DNA of 63,946 nt, the filler included, from Reticulomyxa filosa (taxonomy: Eukaryota > Protista > Foraminifera): assembly GCA_000512085.1 (NCBI GenBank). It is 19 parts of 19 records of this genome, joined end to end, with 100 filler letters (N's around TTAATTAATTAA, not from the genome) between each part and the next. Parts side by side here need not be neighbours in the genome. Positions count along the whole stretch, not along the records: positions 62,898 to 63,946 come from ASPP01024262.1; 18 more parts are not named here. One strand, 5' to 3'. Position numbers and translations under genes: made by a program. The notes beneath the pieces are model-generated. The model was not told where the DNA came from. It ran no database searches and saw only the letters and a program-made list of their open reading frames with translations. Of this stretch, positions 63,801-63,946 are shown one piece after another (within the stretch, counting starts at the first letter, position 1; the number at the start of each line of letters is the position of its first letter).

Positions 63801-63946
63801 AAAAATAAAAAGTCGCGGATTGATTCAATGCAGACTGTTCAGCTGCAAATTAAAATATTCGAAATGTATCTCCAAAAGAGATAACAGATGCAATAATTGG
63901 AAATAAAGGAGTTGGATGCCGAAATTCACAATAAACCAGAAGCAAG

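Overview
This window is not one locus. It is 19 unrelated short contigs joined by 18 identical artificial 100-bp spacers (N44-TTAATTAATTAA-N44, stops in all six frames), so gene neighbourhood only means something inside a contig. Eighteen contigs are very AT-rich eukaryotic DNA with short (about 60-160 nt) GT-AG introns, long homopolymers, low-complexity coding repeats and many decayed gene copies. The WD40 family signature and overall style suggest a rhizarian/foraminiferan such as Reticulomyxa filosa; that is inference, not a database match. Recognisable genes: PH-domain CaMK-like kinase, PhyH-type Fe(II)/2OG dioxygenase, SLC12 cation-chloride cotransporter, KNL1/Spc105-like kinetochore protein, TRPC/TRPM-like channel, WD40 protein, HAD-fold-like protein, AGC kinase tail, full-length ABCA transporter, Ras-family GTPase, WW+PUB protein, SYP7-like Qc-SNARE, extended-SDR reductase with a PTS1, RGS protein and an RNF213/mysterin-like AAA+ fragment. 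One contig (27286-28627) is GC-rich, intronless and alphaproteobacterial-like (argB-def), probably a contaminant or associated bacterium. The most notable signal is a GPS (GAIN autoproteolysis) motif, missed by the ORF track, spliced to a 7-TM domain that looks TOM1/GPR137-like rather than secretin-like (22608-24290). Also notable: an in-frame DIS3-Hsp70 chimeric pseudogene, and many introns with U-rich 5' halves and A-rich 3' ends. All exon boundaries and family assignments were made by eye.
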